The notes below the pieces were generated by a model. That model was not told the origin of the DNA. It was given only the letters and a program-made list of their open reading frames with translations, and did not search any database. Both the position numbers and the translations under genes were made by a program. Shown piece after piece: positions 62,536-64,000 of a stretch of 64,000 bases of DNA. Source of the stretch: Eledone cirrhosa (taxonomy: Eukaryota); assembly GCA_964016885.1 (NCBI GenBank), contig OZ024741.1, positions 111,600,001 to 111,664,000 of the forward strand, read 5' to 3'. Each line of letters opens with the position of its first letter. Within the stretch, counting starts at the first letter, position 1.

Positions 62536-62787
62536 GGTAACTAATCCAATCATCAGTTAGTTTAATGAGAGGATCATATAGTTTCATAATTGTCAAAGCT
62601 CTTTCGTCACACACTTTGTGACTTTTTCAATGACTATACTTGCTTCTCTGTGTCTCCTCTTCGTTTATATGTTGTTTTATTTACTCCATCATGTCTTTCT
62701 GTGATGTGTATCACGTAATTAAACATGATAATTAAATAACTACCCGATTACTTAACTAATCGAGTAATGCATTAGATACCTAACTAA

Positions 62788-63055
62788 TAATTGTTTCTAC
62801 TTTTGGCACAAGGCCAGCAATTACCCAGTGCATTACTGGTACTTTATTTTATCGACCCAACAATTTTGGGAGAAGGGGAAAGTCGATTAAATCGACCCCA
62901 CTGCATTACTGGTGTTTTATTTTATCGATCCCATAAGAATGAAAAGCAAAGCAACCAACCTCGGCGGGATCTGAACTCAGAACATAAAGGGCCGTAACTC
63001 TATGTCACAAAGCATGTTGTCCGACGTTCTACCCATACTGCCAAACCACCACCCT
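62788..63055 (-). mobile_element. Chimeric SINE (short-tail piece fused to long-tail copy)
   Basis: The CATTACTGGT..TTTATTTTATCGA segment occurs twice. Confidence 0.8.
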
Positions 63056-63944
63056 AGGTTACCACCATCCAAGGTTACCTATCTAATAACAAAATCGAAG
63101 TGAAACACAAGATGTACATGTGTTTTTAGAAGGGTGCATGACCCCACCAAATTATAAAAATATCTCTTTCGACAAGAAACTTGCAAAAAACCCCCCCAAA
63201 ATAACAACATAAAAACCCAATCCAAAACGACTTACTTTAAGATATTTGTTCAGCAACAAGTTGCCAACAGACTTTTGTAAGTGTTGCTGGCAGAAATAGG
63301 ATGGAGCAAGACTTTGTCTATTGGAAACATGCATTCAGCGATGTTATTGTTTCTCAATTGCAACATTAAGTAAAGGAAAATAGTAAAAGGAGGTGGGTAG
63401 GACGATAATAGATATAGACAGCCATGTAATATGAAGACAGTCACTAAATTTATTTAATCAGTCCCATATGTCAACCACAAAGTTAATAAATTAATGGCAT
63501 ACCAATAATTAACATTCATATATCGATTATAGATTTTATACGGTATTCAAGTTTAAATATATCTAAGTGAATGTATGCTTTCATTAAAATATCTGTCTGA
63601 TGGAGATTCAGAACTAACGAACAATTATTTAATTTAGCATGCTGCACTGGATTTATGTGACAGACAGACAGATATATATAAGTTATTGATTGGAGGAGGA
63701 GAGTTTATTGCAGATATTATCAACTGCTGCTGATCTCTCCATATCATGACTGGTTGGATGATAAGCTTCATGTTTTGTCTGGCTAGAATATACACATACT
63801 ACAAAACAGAATAGTATTACATACAAACATGCACACGCACACATTACACACACACACATACACATACACACTTACAAACACACACATAGAAACACACAGA
63901 AGCACAGACAAGACAGACAGTTACATATGTAATTATGTATGAAC

Positions 63945-64000
<56 letters not shown>

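Overview
AT-rich, intergenic or intronic eukaryotic DNA, most likely from an octopus (inferred from the abundant tRNA-derived SINE with GCCTTTCATCCT..GGTCGATAAAATAAAGTACCAG core and AATTGCTGGCCTTGTGCC tail). No host gene could be supported. The window is a mosaic of microsatellites, a 16-bp G-rich satellite and transposon relics: two RTE LINEs, a Tx1 LINE inside the satellite, Tx1, R4/Dong and CRE 3' fragments, several Penelope-like element (PLE) relics, a Gypsy integrase with LTR, a mariner deletion derivative, hAT and Tc1 MITEs, a Helitron composite and about 17 SINE copies. The most striking signal is invisible in the ORF track: about 14 minimal type I hammerhead ribozyme (HHR) motifs from about 8 sequence families. 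Most lie in ORF-less fold-back elements inserted in (TA)n, with one ribozyme per arm pointing outward from the centre. Four unrelated families also share a downstream TATACNC-N12-17-GAGTRCYT hairpin. A Naiad-like PLE carrying the same type of ribozyme in its 3' UTR is a candidate for the class of mobilising partner. All structures were read by eye; coordinates of degraded elements are approximate.
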